Source: Octopus bimaculoides (taxonomy: Eukaryota). Taken from it: a DNA stretch of 64,000 nucleotides. Location: contig NC_069002.1 in assembly GCF_001194135.2 (NCBI RefSeq), forward strand, positions 30,858,240-30,922,239, in the 5' to 3' direction. The notes beneath the pieces were generated by a model, which ran no database searches, had not been told where the DNA came from, and worked only from the letters and a program-made list of their open reading frames with translations. This document shows, piece after piece, positions 1 through 13,199 of this stretch. How positions within the stretch are numbered: position 1 is the first letter of the stretch; each line of letters starts with the position of its first letter. The position numbers and the translations under genes are program-made.

Positions 1-79
1 GTTTATATATAGAAATATAAAGACGTTAACAGATTTAAAGAAAGCACATGCACATCTGTTGGTGAAGAAGAAACAGGTG
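1..79 (+). CDS. Candidate host coding exon, 5' end cut by the window edge (FIYRNIKTLTDLKKAHAHLLVKKKQV)
   Basis: Frame is open from 2 to 79 and ends at a strong donor, GTG|GTGAGT, in phase 0. Non-repetitive sequence. Protein not recognised. Confidence 0.35.
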
Positions 80-127
80 GTGAGTCCTAGAACATTCTTT
101 AACTCTAAAGAAAATATCTATAAACGT

Positions 128-348
128 ATTGGTTTCAAATTTTGGCACAAGGCCAGCAATTTCAGGGGAAGGTGGGGTACAAGCCAATTACATCGAGCCC
201 GGTGCTCAACTGGTGCTTATTTTATTGACTCCGATAGGATGAAATGCAAAGTGGACCTTGGTGGGATTTGAACTTGGAACATAAAGATGGATGTTATGCT
301 GCTAAGCATTTTGCCCAGCATGCTAACGATTTTGCCAGTTTGCTGCCT
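128..348 (-). mobile_element. SINE-B (tRNA-like head AAGGCGGCGAGCTGGCAGAATCGTTAG; TTTCATCCTTTCGGGGTCGATAAAATAAGTACC domain)
   Basis: Reverse complement aligns by eye with about 10 other copies in the window; A-box and B-box-like GTTC(A)AA motifs. Confidence 0.85.
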
Positions 349-1009
349 CGTATCTATAATTATATTGATAAATCAATGACATTTCAAAGTATCTTTTCTT
401 ATTTGCATATGCCTCTGTAGCAATGTAAAACAATTTGCTCATAAGCAAGAGAGTGTTATGCACTAACACAAGTACGTACATATAAATGTATGCACACATG
501 TACATATGTTCACATACATGCCTGGAAGCATATATAAATATAAACACACACATACATACAAACACACACACAAGGATTATAAAAGTGATGAGATATAATG
601 AAGTATAGCTGATTCAGGGTATAGAACACATAGCTCTTTGAAGGCACAGGGAATATAACAGGGTGTATATTAAATGTACAATGCCGTATATAAAAAAGGC
701 ACATGAAGCTCAATAACAGTGTATATAAATAAATCTTTTAAGAGATTGGGTAGATATAAACAAACCAAGCAGTGTAAATTTTGCAACATATGCAAGAGGG
801 AATGGTTTGTTAGAAGCATATATATAAGTTAGATGGTTTGTTTAAAGCAGGGAACCAAAATTAAAGAGATGGCGCTACATAGAGATGAAAATGTAAATGC
901 AATTTCAAGTAGCCATACAGTAAACCAATAGTTTAAAGCAGATGTGTTATTAAAAAACACACACACACACACACATGCACCATATCATCACAATATCTTC
1001 TGGTGGATA

Positions 1010-1765
1010 ATCTAGAGAATTATAGGATAAATTTTCTTTGGTGGAGGCATGAAAAAGTCAATTCAAATTTGGAATGTTAGAGGCTGTGTTAGGATTTTGA
1101 ATTGTTTAGATATGCAAAGGGGACACTGGTATCCATTGACACAAACAAAAGCAGAGTCAAAAACTGAGCATTTAATTTCATAGTTAGAGACACCTGTATC
1201 TTTTAGATTCCAGATGCATTTCAATAGTGTTGTTGTAGTTCTTTTATGCCATTGTTCTTATAACTAGGAACTTTCATGTAATATGCAACACTTTTTTGAA
1301 GATATTTATTGTTTACATCAGTTAAAAAATTGCATTCAAGTGAAAACTTATGAGTAAGAGTGGGAACTAATATCTTTCTATTAATCTTAGCTAACGAAGT
1401 GATAAAATTATCCATACTGCTGTAACTTACTTTAAGCTTACATCTATTAAAAATTTTTGTGGAACTTATAAGTAGTAGGGAAATGTTTACTAACTAAATT
1501 TAGAAAGTACTGACCAATGTTTGATCTGACATTCAAACCAAAAGGTGGGTTAAACCACATATTCTTTTTTTTTTTTTTTTTTTTGAAGTTGCTAGTATTA
1601 GAAAAACAGTGCAGGGAAATGTTTTTGAATCTATTAATGAAAACAGTTTCACGAGGTGTCACTGTAAAAGAAAGCAGCCCAGTTAAACGTTTTTTTCATT
1701 AGAAGGTGTTCTTGAAATTTTGTTACAAATATTTCTAAGTAAATTTTTTAGAATGGTACAAGGAT
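1010..1765 (-). pseudogene. Penelope-like retroelement fragment (RT-thumb/linker to GIY-YIG C-terminus), degenerate
   Basis: Frameshifted minus-strand translation: PCTILKNL..ISRTPSNEK..WFNPPFGLNVRSNIGQYFLNLVSKHFPTTYKFHKNFNRCKLKVSYSSMDNF..NRKIL..NYEIKCSVFD..CPLCISKQFKIL. These match PLE WFNPP, SYSCM and C-x-LC motifs. Confidence 0.8.
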
Positions 1766-1865
1766 AATTTGAGGTTTTGTGAATATAATGTGTAATTTTG
1801 ATTTGTGTTCTCTAAGAGCTGTAGATGCTTGCAGTTACATTAAGTGTAATGTCTAAAATGTTGAC

Positions 1866-2094
1866 TATGGCATTTGCAATAATCTTAAGAGTGGTTGGTG
1901 TTAGGAAGGACATTCAACAATGACATTTGCAATAATCTGCAGAATTGTTGATGTTAGGAAGAACATCCAGCTATAAAAACATTGCTAAACAGACACAGTA
2001 GCCTGGGGTAATCTTCTACCTGGTTAGCTCCCGTCAACTGTCCTATGCATGTATGCATGGAAGACAGACATTAAATGACGATGATGATGATGAT
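1866..2094 (+). mobile_element. RTE-type LINE 3' end with (GAT)n tail and a short internal duplication
   Basis: GAGTGGTTGGTGTTAGGAAGG..CATCCAGC..GCATGGAAGACAGACATTAAATGACGATGATGAT; shared with other copies. Confidence 0.7.
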
Positions 2095-2151
2095 ACACAC
2101 ACACAGACACACATGCACATACACACACCAATGTATGTATGTATGTATTTA

Positions 2152-3047
2152 CAGGGTGTATGAGCTAATTTTGAAAGTTTGCATAAAAAGAAAACACAAC
2201 ATCCCATCCAAAAATAAAGGTTTTATAAAAAAACTTTAAAAATATCAACCTAGATTATGGCTAGGAGATAACAGTTTACTCCATAGATGCCCTCAGCTTT
2301 GACCATGCCTTCAAAATAGCTTCAGAAGATGGGGCATGCATTCCTCACCGTGTCCCAAGGAAGATCTTTGAACACCTCCTTGATTTCAGTCACTGGTTCA
2401 GCCTTGGTGTTGCAGGAAGAGCAATTGGTGTCTTTCTCAAATGTGTCCCACACATAGTAATCCATGGGATTACAACTGGGGGGAATTTAGGAGGACACAA
2501 ATTGGGGCTGGTGAAATCATAGAAATTCTCCAACAACCATTTCTGACTCTTTCCAGAGGAATGGCAAGGAGCTGAATCCTTCTGCCACTGATATGGCCTT
2601 CCAGCCGCAAACCTCTCCAGCAATGGACTTGACCACAGTCTCCAGCAGCAGATTCACATAGCTGTCTGAATTGAGTCTAAGGTCCTGTTCAAAGATGTGG
2701 GGATGAAATGCGGTGTGTAGACGCAGTCAGAATGCTTGCTGTGTCCCTTCATGCAAGCCATTACTTCATAGTTTCTGTTGCAGCTGCCCATGTCATGTCT
2801 TACAGCCTTTACAATGTTCACAGAGCACGTGATGTTGGCATTTTGATACCAAGCATGAATCCTCATTATGCTGGTTAACTCTTTCCCAATATTCAGATGG
2901 CTTCCAGTCCTTTGTGTCAGCTAACTTTTTCTCAATTACAACTTTAGTCTTTATGCTTTCCAAGGCCATTGACTGTTCACCAATACATCAAGCTCTTCTT
3001 GAAAAAAGAAGACACAAAATACCACCAAATTTAGCCTAAACATCCTG
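2152..3047 (-). mobile_element. Internally deleted maT-like (DD37D) Tc1/mariner element with pseudogenised transposase
   Basis: TA-flanked imperfect TIRs: CAGGGTGTATGAGCTAATTTTG versus revcomp CAGGATGTTTAGGCTAAATTTG. Frameshifted ORF reads PHIFEQDLRLNSDSYV..WQKDSAPCHSSGKSQKWLLENFYDFTSPN..PP..CNPMDYYVW, about 37 residues between the last two Asp. Confidence 0.85.
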
Positions 3048-3067
3048 TATGTATATATATATATATA

Positions 3068-3152
3068 TGGACAGCTCCCTGCTAGCTCCATGTCAAATTG
3101 TCCAACCCATGCCAGCATGAAAAGCAGATGATGATAACGGTGATGATGATGA
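3068..3152 (+). mobile_element. Short RTE-type LINE 3' end
   Basis: GTCAAATTGTCCAACCCATGCCAGCATGAAAAGCAGATGATGAT tail. Confidence 0.7.
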
Positions 3153-3483
3153 TATATACATATATACATTATAACTGAAAGGCTCCAAAGTAATAGAAAT
3201 AGGGGCCTTTCAGTCACAGTGTATAATGGTGAATCAACGGAAATTTATATTTAAATATATATATAAGCGATAAATTACAGGACTCAATAAAAATGTAGAG
3301 TATTCTGTTATACATTAATGCATTATAACCGAAAGGCTCCAATTTCAATTACTTTTGATATTTCAGTTACACCATTATGTAGATTTCGATAACAAATAAC
3401 TGATTAGGCAGTTTACAGATCATTTCATCAGAAGACATACATTGAAATATAAAACTAATTGTGGTCTTTTTGTTTTATCTGGC

Positions 3484-3704
3484 AAATGAACACCACCAGC
3501 AAACAATTGATGTTGTTCACTTCCAGTCTTCCGTGTAAAAACGTCTGGCTATGGGAAAACATTGCCTCACTTACAAACAGGAGTGGGGTTAGCAACAGGA
3601 AACACATTTGGTTGTAGAAAATCTGCCTCAAAACATTTCATTCGATCCATGCAAGCATTGAAAAATATTATCATGTATGATGATGACAACAACAACAACA
3701 ACAA
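3484..3704 (+). mobile_element. Repeat G: retroposon 3' end (CCAGTCTTCCGTG..ACAGGAAG..AAAATCTGCCTCA..CCATGCAAGCAT, then GAT/CAA tail)
   Basis: Similar copies at 50650-50830 (-) and 61265-61575 (+). Confidence 0.65.
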
Positions 3705-4195
3705 GAATACAAAATACATCACTTTAACATGGAATTTCTACCCATTAACCGGGTATAATATCCCAGTTTTTGTATGATTTTTGCTACCCTGGTAACTATT
3801 AACATATTTGCATTATCGAAGTTTTTCAACCGAGATAATATTAATATATACATAAATTAAAATATTGTTACAGTCTACTATATATATANNNNNNNNNNNN
3901 NNNNNNNNNNNNNNNNNNNNNNNNNNNNNNNNNNNNNNNNNNNNNNNNNNNNNNNNNNNNNNNNNNNNNNNNNNNNNNNNNNNNNNNNNNNNNNNNNNNN
4001 NNNNNNNNNNNNNNNNNNNNNNNNNNNNNNNNNNNNNNNNNNNNNNNNNNNNNNNNNNNNNNNNNNNNNNNNNNNNNNNNNNNNNNNNNNNNNNNNNNNN
4101 NNNNNNNNNNNNNNNNNNNNNNNNNNNNNNNNNNNNNNNNNNNNNNNNNNNNNNNNNNNNNNNNNNNNNNNNNNNNNNNNNNNNNNNNNNNNNNN

Positions 4196-4240
<45 letters not shown>

Positions 4241-4905
4241 CATACATACATACATATATATATTTATATATATACATACACATGCATATATACACATACA
4301 TATATATACACACACATACATATATATAAATATATGTGTGTGTATGTATATATGTTTTTAAATTCTTAACACACACGCACATACCTGCAAGCATGCACAC
4401 ACACACACACACACACGTAAGCACACACGCACACACACATACACACACACACTAAGACTAATAACAGAAATGAGAACATAATTATGACAAGATCAATAAT
4501 GAACAAAATTAATATATATCAATATATAATATTCTATGTAATACATGCTGATAATTATATATCTGAATGTATGGGACAATAGACAAATAATAATAACAAA
4601 ATGAAACACAAGTGGAATGACTATAATCCTGATAGTTATCGTGTATGCTGGTGGTTACGTTAGTCAATTGAGATTAAGATTAAATATAAAATCATTATAA
4701 AAATGAACGGTAGAAACAAACATTTCAAAATATTTCGAAATCATGAAAAATATCCGTAAAAAAACAATATTTGATGGATAAAGAGATCAACAGATGTGCC
4801 ACGACTACAAATTTCACCTTGGCATGAAATGAATGCTAGAGTTATAATAATAATGATACTACTACTACTACTACTACTACTATTAATAATAATAATAATA
4901 ATAAT

Positions 4906-5125
4906 AATGGTTTCAAATTCTGCCACTAGGGCAGCCATTTTAGGGGAAGGAGCTAAGCCAATTACATCGAGCCCAGTGTTCAACTGGTACTTAATCTATC
5001 GACCCTGAAAGGATGAAAGACAAAGTTGACCTTGATGGAATTTGAACCCAGAACGTTGCAACAGACCAAAAATACTGCTAAGCATTTTGCCCGGTGTGCT
5101 AACGATTCTACCTGCTCACTGCCTT
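4906..5125 (-). mobile_element. SINE-B
   Basis: Full-length match to the 128-348 copy; flanked by (AAT)n and (AAG)n. Confidence 0.85.
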
Positions 5126-5230
5126 AAGAAGAAGAAGAAGAAGAAGGAGAAGAAGAAGAAGAAGAAAAAGAAGAAGGAGGAGAAGAAGAAGAAGAAGAAG
5201 AAGAAGAAGAAGAAGAAGAAGAAGAAGAAA
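5126..5230 (+). repeat. (AAG)n microsatellite
   Basis: Seen directly. Confidence 0.95.
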
Positions 5231-5804
5231 TATGATGACTAAAGATATAGGAAGGTAGATTTGGATAGTAGGCATGGTTCAAATAGAATACTAAATATTG
5301 GGAACTCATAAGATTTCATGTATATAAAATATAGATCGATATAACACCCTATAAGAGCATATGTTTAATTTATATCTTTTGAAAGGGCCCAAAATGAGTT
5401 CTACATAATGTTGTTACAGAATAGAAATTTTAAACAATGTCTGCACTTGATAACCAATTCATCATGCTTGTTAAGTAGGTGTTGGTTATTCGTCATAACG
5501 ATAGCCAGTGCTTCATGTATATGAACATATCTATGGTATCATTTGTCTCAACAAAGATTAGTATATCGAATACGAAATAGAGTTGAAGATATATGAAAAG
5601 ATATACATATAGCTTAAACTGTGCAATGTATACTTTAAGTTTCATGGTAAGACATGATATGCGTCATTAAAAACACTACTTATATCATGAAACTTAACAT
5701 CTGCTGGTACACAGTTTATAAAAATGTATGCATGCATATATACAGATATGTATGTATGTATGTATATGTATGTATAATACCAATACAGTATTATAACCTT
5801 GTTA

Positions 5805-5917
5805 TAGTCAAATTACTAATTGGTTTCATACCAAATGCCGGAAGTTGAGAACCAGCTCCAGCAATCAACAGAAGTTGCTTCTCAATTCTGATATGAAACC
5901 AATTTGTAAATTGGCTA
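5805..5917. repeat. Imperfect inverted repeat, possible TA-flanked MITE relic
   Basis: TAGTCAAATTACTAATTGGTTTCATACCA versus revcomp TAGCCAATTTACAAATTGGTTTCATATCA (25/29), plus inner GTTGAGAA/TTCTCAAT. Confidence 0.7.
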
Positions 5918-5942
5918 CTATGAGACTAGAATGCTGTATTTT

Positions 5943-5996
<54 letters not shown>

Positions 5997-6083
5997 AATA
6001 ATGATAATGATGACAATAATATACAACCTCTGATAACTAAAATATATTTTTTGATCCATGAATTTTTGCACATAAATATTCAC

Positions 6084-6181
<98 letters not shown>

Positions 6182-6865
6182 ATGTATATATATATATTGT
6201 GTGTGTGTGTATTATAGCCAAGCAAGGTGTATACTGCAGGCTACTCTTCAGGCCAAAGGTATCTTAATTAAATAAAGTTTACATTGTCATTAGAAGGCTC
6301 ATGTTAACATACAGAGGATTCAATCAGAATGCGATATATGTATATTATATATATGTGTGAGTGTGTGTGTATATATATATGTATATTATATATGTGTATG
6401 TATGTGTATGTATATGTATATTATATGTATATGTGTGTGTGTGTTATATATATATATATATATACAAATTTACTGACAGACCAGATGTGCAACACCGAAA
6501 GAAGTAGACCTCAATATCATTGAAATAGAGGATTGTATTTAATATAAATAATACAACTATGGAAGAACACTTCTGTCAGAATGATCAGATTGGCAAATGT
6601 TCCATTGCTGTTCTTTAACTAGTTTTTAAAAAGAATAAGTTATTATCTTGATTTAACATTTGTATCATCATCATCATCATCAATGGTTTGATTCGGTTCC
6701 ATGCAACTTCAAGTTCTGCAGGCCCTTAACGGCAGCCTGTCTCATTCAGGTTTTGGATTGCTGAATACACACACACACACACACACACACACACNNNNNN
6801 NNNNNNNNNNNNNNNNNNNNNNNNNNNNNNNNNNNNNNNNNNNNNNNNNNNNNNNNNNNNNNNNN

Positions 6866-6906
<41 letters not shown>

Positions 6907-8061
6907 GTATAGAAAATTAATGTTGACAGCAGTTCGCAATGTTTCACCAAAAAAGAAAACTATAATCGTCACTAAATGTGACTAGGTTGTCAGAAACATC
7001 TATTTTGCTAGAAATAAGAGCTAAAATGCTTTCATGCTGAAGTGAAGTAATTGTATACATATATATACTGACAGAGACTGTGATTGTCTGAAAACACTGT
7101 TCAAGAATTCCTTATATTGACAGTCAGTTTTGGCAATATATATACATATATACACACGTATAAGAGAGTGTGTATATATGCGTATATAAATGTATATGGA
7201 ACCATGGAAGAGCCATCTACTATATTAAGAATTCTCTGACCAAGAGATGGCCCTTTTTTGAATACCCTGCCTTTGTAGAATTGTGGCAACTAAGAAAATT
7301 AGGTGTAGATGAATGACTTGTGAGATTCTGGCAGTCTTTTTACAGAGGTGCTATATTCAAGGTGAGGGCTGGTTGTCAAGTTAGTGAAGACTTTGGCATG
7401 CTGGTTGGTGTTTAGCAATGCTCAGTTCTTAGTCCTCTCCTTTTTATTAGAATTCTCTTTGTCGTAACAGATGAGTTTAAGATCATCTTTTTCAGTGAGA
7501 CTTCTGTTGTATGCTGATGGCCAAGCTTCCATGGCCAAACATTTTAAAGAATTGGGGAAGAAGAAACAGACTGGAAAGCAAAACTTAAAATTGAGAAGCT
7601 TCAAAGTAAACCAAAGACAAATATCTTAATTTGCAGAAATAAGACAAAAATTTACTGCTATCCATCTGGGAAGCAAACATACTCAAGATATAGAAAAGAA
7701 GTAGACAGGAATTCCATATGGTGTTGCCCAACATCAACTATTGGTGATGTAGTGGGATCAGAGGTAGGGTAAGGGGGGAAGAAGGACTGTGTGTAGCAGT
7801 TGTGTAGGATTAATTAGCAGTGAGAGAACCCTTTAAATGAATTCTTTCAAATGCTCAAAGGGCTCACTGTTAAGTAGTTGACACCTTCTGTAGCCAGGAT
7901 ATTTTTAGATGCTCAGAAAAATTAGGCAGCAGATTGCAAATAACAGAGAAAGTTTATCCTTTTTGTTATCATATTTTTTTTGAAATATGCTGTATTTGTT
8001 TCAAATAATTTTTAAAATAATGAAAAATTTAGTAAAATAACTATGATTATTAAACTCAGTT

Positions 8062-8281
8062 AAGGTGGCGAGCTGGTAGAATTGTTAAGATGCTGGCAAA
8101 AGGCTTAGCGGCATTTTGTCTGTTGCTATGTTCTGAGTTCAAAGTTCCACCAGGGTCTACTTTGCCTTTCATCCTTTCGGGGTTGATAAAATAAGTACCA
8201 GTCAAGCACTGGGGTCGATGTAATCAATTTATCCACTTTCCCCCAACTTTACTGGTTTTGTGCTAAAATTTGAAATCATTA
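8062..8281 (+). mobile_element. SINE-B
   Basis: AAGGTGGCGAGCTGGTAGAATTGTTAAG..GTTCAAAG..CCTTTCATCCTTTCGGGGTTGATAAAATAAGTACC. Confidence 0.9.
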
Positions 8282-8399
8282 CGAAGCTGGTTCTTTGGAA
8301 CATAAATTAACATGAAGTTTTGGGAGGAAGTTTCAATTTAGATTATTTTAAAACGGGAAGTTTGCATCATAAAAATGAAATTACCCTCAAATTGCACAC

Positions 8400-8545
8400 T
8401 GATGTTTTTAAATTGAAAGGAAACATCGAGCAATGTAGTCTTAGATACATTTTGCTTGCATAAAAGACAGGATGCTTCTATGTGGCCACTGAACTTATCA
8501 GACATTGCAGTCAAATCTTCCTCAAATTACACCATAAAGCCTTAT
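8400..8545 (+). mobile_element. Repeat F fragments (GTGGCCACT..AAATC; GGAAA..ACAT..AATGTAGTCTTAGATACA)
   Basis: Shared with copies at 14.8, 22.2, 27.0, 27.6, 34.4, 51.3 and 53.9 kb. Confidence 0.5.
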
Positions 8546-8702
8546 TAGAACAAAGTACAAGAGGTTAGGTATACATGCATGTCTATATATGTATGTCTAT
8601 ATATGTATGTCTATATATGTATGTCTATATATGTATGTCTATATATGTATGTATGTCTATATATGTCTGTATGCATGTGTTTATGCTTATACATACACAT
8701 AT

Positions 8703-9105
8703 ATCATCATCATCACTTATTGTCCTCTTTCTAAGTTGGCATGGGTTGGATGGCTTGACTGATAATTGGTAAGCCGAGGAGCTGCATCAGGTTCCGATCT
8801 GATTCGGCATGGTTTTTACAGTTGGATACTCTTCCTAATGCCAACCACTCCACAGAGTGCAGTGGGTGCTTTTTACGTGCCACTGGCATGGGCGCCAGTT
8901 ATGAAACACCAGCATCAGCCACGACTATGATCTCATTTAGCTTGATGGGTCTTCTCAAGCATGGTGTATTGCCAAAGGTGGCGGTCACTTGTCACTGCCT
9001 CCGTGAGGCCCAAAATACAAAGGGTGCATTCAAAGGGTACTTTTTACATGCCACCAACATGGGTGCCAGCTACGCAACACTGGTATCAGCCATGACTACA
9101 ATTTC
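8703..9105 (-). mobile_element. RTE-type LINE 3' end including the ORF C-terminus
   Basis: Minus strand reads ILGLTEAVTSDRHLWQYTMLEKTHQAK*, followed by a 3' UTR and (GAT)n tail. Confidence 0.85.
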
Positions 9106-9116
9106 AGCCATACATT

Positions 9117-9181
<65 letters not shown>

Positions 9182-9222
9182 GTCTCTCTCCCTCACTCTT
9201 CATAGGTACATGAGTGTGTGTG

Positions 9223-9253
<31 letters not shown>

Positions 9254-10120
9254 CTGTCTGTCTGTCTATAGAAAGTAAAGAACCAGAAGAAATGTTGCTA
9301 ACCCTTTTGTCTGCTGTACTAATGGTTCTGCCAGCTAGCCAAGTTAATAATTCCTTCTAGTATATGCACAAGGCCTGCAATTTGTGGTGGTGGTGGTGGT
9401 GGNNNNNNNNNNNNNNNNNNNNNNNNNNNNNNNNNNNNNNNNNNNNNNNNNNNNNNNNNNNNNNNNNNNNNNNNNNNNNNNNNNNNNNNNNNNNNNNNNN
9501 NNNNNNNNNNNNNNNNNNNNNNNNNNNNNNNNNNNNNNNNNNNNNNNNNNNNNNNNNNNNNNNNNNNNNNNNNNNNNNNNNNNNNNNNNNNNNNNNNNNN
9601 NNNNNNNNNNNNNNNNNNNNNNNNNNNNNNNNNNNNNNNNNNNNNNNNNNNNNNNNNNNNNNNNNNNNNNNNNNNNNNNNNNNNNNNNNNNNNNNNNNNN
9701 NNNNNNNNNNNNNNNNNNNNNNNNNNNNNNNNNNNNNNNNNNNNNNNNNNNNNNNNNNNNNNNNNNNNNNNNNNNNNNNNNNNNNNNNNNNNNNNNNNNN
9801 NNNNNNNNNNNNNNNNNNNNNNNNNNNNNNNNNNNNNNNNNNNNNNNNNNNNNNNNNNNNNNNNNNNNNNNNNNNNNNNNNNNNNNNNNNNNNNNNNNNN
9901 NNNNNNNNNNNNNNNNNNNNNNNNNNNNNNNNNNNNNNNNNNNNNNNNNNNNNNNNNNNNNNNNNNNNNNNNNNNNNNNNNNNNNNNNNNNNNNNNNNNN
10001 NNNNNNNNNNNNNNNNNNNNNNNNNNNNNNNNNNNNNNNNNNNNNNNNNNNNNNNNNNNNNNNNNNNNNNNNNNGTGTTGAGAGGAATTCTTTGAGGTTT
10101 GAATAATTCACCTCTGGAAA

Positions 10121-10284
10121 CATTTGTTTCAGTCATTAGACTGTGGCCATGCTGGGGCACCACCTTGAAGAATTTTACTTGAAGGAATCAACCCCATTAC
10201 TTATTTTTTTTTTTATTAAAGCCTGGACAAAATGCCGTTATTTTTTAGCCTAGCATGCTAACGATTCTTCCAGCTCACTGCCTT
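10121..10284 (-). mobile_element. Chimeric SINE: SINE-B head joined to SINE-A tail
   Basis: Minus strand starts AAGGCAGTGAGCTGGAAGAATCGTTAGCATG and ends GGTGCCCCAGCATGGCCACAGTCTAATGACTGAAACAAATG. Confidence 0.65.
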
Positions 10285-10298
10285 AATAAAAATAATAA

Positions 10299-10351
<53 letters not shown>

Positions 10352-10445
10352 GATGCTTGGCAACAAATGGAAACAAAATTGAACAGGGAAGAAAAACTCA
10401 TAATAATAATAATAATGTTGTTGTTGTTGTTGTTGCTGCTGCTGC

Positions 10446-10479
<34 letters not shown>

Positions 10480-10937
10480 GGTCTTCTTCTTCTTTTACTT
10501 CTTCTTCTCTCCCTAACANNNNNNNNNNTGTCATCATTTTTTTTTTTTTCCTTTTTCATCCTTTTTCATCAATGTTCGGTGGAATTAACAAACGAGATGC
10601 TTCAATCAGACATAAAAAAAAAAAAAACACCACAACTCTATTTTCAAACAAACAAGACTTAGCAATTATGTTCTTTCATCGTTATGTTTAATTAAACATA
10701 TGTTGTTGTTTTCCCCTATTAGCAACGTCGTATTACTGAATATTGTGTGGTATGGATTGGTTAGTACAAAATAATATATGTTAATCTGACTACCTGTATT
10801 GATTTCCTTCTGACTAGGTGTAGGATGAGTGGAGGCAGGCATTATGGCTTATGCGAGATTGAATGGTGAAGAGATGACAACACAGCAAGTGAGAGATGCC
10901 AGTAGCTAGCCATATGTCAAGTTGCAGTTTGAATGTA

Positions 10938-11188
10938 GAGTAATACCACACCATAGCGCGGTTCACCTATCGCGGTTCATCTATCACAGTTTATTATTTA
11001 AGCTTGCGTCGATTCATCCATGGTGTTGTTTGTTTGGGAATTGTAATAAAATAAATATATACAAATCATAAAAATAATTTTTAAAAAAATATACAGTACG
11101 GTACTGTTTCTGCTTCACGGCTTTTCACCTATTGCGGCAGGTTTGGGAATTTTGGAGCGTAACACCTGTGATAGTTGAGGGATCACTG
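10938..11188. mobile_element. pogo/Tigger-like MITE
   Basis: TA-flanked. Left end GAGTAATACCACACCATAGCGCGGTTCACCTATCGCGG; right-end revcomp CAGTGATCCCTCAACTATCACAGG. Confidence 0.65.
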
Positions 11189-11224
11189 TACATATATATG
11201 AAGGTAAATATATATGTATGTATA

Positions 11225-11259
<35 letters not shown>

Positions 11260-12664
11260 NNNNNNNNNNNNNNNNNNNNNNNNNNNNNNNNNNNNNNNNN
11301 NNNNNNNNNNNNNNNNNNNNNNNNNNNNNNNNNNNNNNNNNNNNNNNNNNNNNNNNNNNNNNNNNNNNNNNNNNNNNNNNNNNNNNNNNNNNNNNNNNNN
11401 NNNNNNNNNNNNNNNNNNNNNNNNNNNNNNNNNNNNNNNNNNNNNNNNNNNNNNNNNNNNNNNNNNNNNNNNNNNNNNNNNNNNNNNNNNNNNNNNNNNN
11501 NNNNNNNNNNNNNNNNNNNNNNNNNNNNNNNNNNNNNNNNNNNNNNNNNNNNNNNNNNNNNNNNNNNNNNNNNNNNNNNNNNNNNNNNNNNNNNNNNNNN
11601 NNNNNNNNNNNNNNNNNNNNNNNNNNNNNNNNNNNNNNNNNNNNNNNNNNNNNNNNNNNNNNNNNNNNNNNNNNNNNNNNNNNNNNNNNNNNNNNNNNNN
11701 NNNNNNNNNNNNNNNNNNNNNNNNNNNNNNNNNNNNNNNNNNNNNNNNNNNNNNNNNNNNNNNNNNNNNNNNNNNNNNNNNNNNNNNNNNNNNNNNNNNN
11801 NNNNNNNNNNNNNNNNNNNNNNNNNNNNNNNNNNNNNNNNNNNNNNNNNNNNNNNNNNNNNNNNNNNNNNNNNNNNNNNNNNNNNNNNNNNNNNNNNNNN
11901 NNNNNNNNNNNNNNNNNNNNNNNNNNNNNNNNNNNNNNNNNNNNNNNNNNNNNNNNNNNNNNNNNNNNNNNNNNNNNNNNNNNNNNNNNNNNTATATATA
12001 TATATATATATATCCATATACATATATACATATATATATATATATACACTTAAATACACACATGTGTGTGTGTGTGTGCCTGTATGTCTGTATACATTGT
12101 AAGTATGTTTGTACATATGTCAATATATTTACGTATTTATATGGTTGAAATATCTCCATGAAACTGAATGGAAGTTATGGATTAATTTACAGATGCATCA
12201 GTTTTGTATTACATAGTTTTATATTTTATAATTTTATTGAGAAATTTGTTAAAAATAGTTTTCCTAAAGTACAAAGCATATATTTCCAATATGGCAGATG
12301 ATTCTGCATTGAATAATGGGGGAAAAGAAGCTAAGGGAAATGATTTTTGCTATTTTTTCTGTTGCCATCATGGAAAACATGAAAATATTTCACTGATAAA
12401 TCATACACATATATACATGCATACATATATACATATATATATACACATACATACATACATACACACACACATACATATATATATACACACATACATACAT
12501 ACATACATGTATATACACACATACATACATACATACATACATGTATATACACACATACATACACACATACATACATACATACACACACATATACATATAT
12601 TGTATACACACACACATACATATATATACACACATACATAATTACATACATACACACATACATA

Positions 12665-13078
12665 CTCTCTTTCTCTTTTTACTATTTTACTTGTTTTAGT
12701 CATTTGACTGCGGCCATGCTGGAGTACCGCCTTTAGTCGAAGCAAATCGACCCCCAGGACTTATTCTTTGTAAGCCTAGGACTTATTCTACCGGTCTCTT
12801 TTGCCGAACTGCTAAGTTACAGGGACCTAAACACACCAGCATCGGTTGTCAAGCAATGTTGGGGCGACAAACACAGACACACAAACATATACACACATAT
12901 ATACATATATACGTATATACGACGGGCTTCTTTCAGTTTCCGTCTACCAAATTCACTCACAAGGCTTTGGTTAGCCCGAGGCTATAGTAGAAGACACTTG
13001 CCCAAGATGCCACGCAGTGGGACTGAACCCAGAACCATGTCGTTGGTAAGCAAGCTACTTACCACACAGCCAGTCCTA
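12665..13078 (-). mobile_element. SINE-A, full length (tRNA head, CORE-like GGCATCTTGGGCAAGTGTCTT, internal (TA/TG)n, tail CCAGCATGGCCGCAGTCAAATGAC)
   Basis: Near-identical to 30741-31375 and 53128-53543. Confidence 0.92.
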
Positions 13079-13199
13079 CATATATATACCTTTGTCTTTT
13101 ATTTTTTTAATTGTTTCAGACACTGGGTTGTGGCTGCGCTCGGGCAACGCCCTTATATTTTTTTAAAGATTAGTACTCAATTTATTGATCCCCTTTGAT

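Noticed and set aside
421-471. Acceptor/donor-bounded 51-nt segment
   Set aside because: Stops in all three frames and a weak donor.
10723-10749. Possible 27-nt microexon QRRITEYCV (TAG| ... |GTATGG)
   Set aside because: Moderate splice signals only; such matches are expected by chance in 64 kb.
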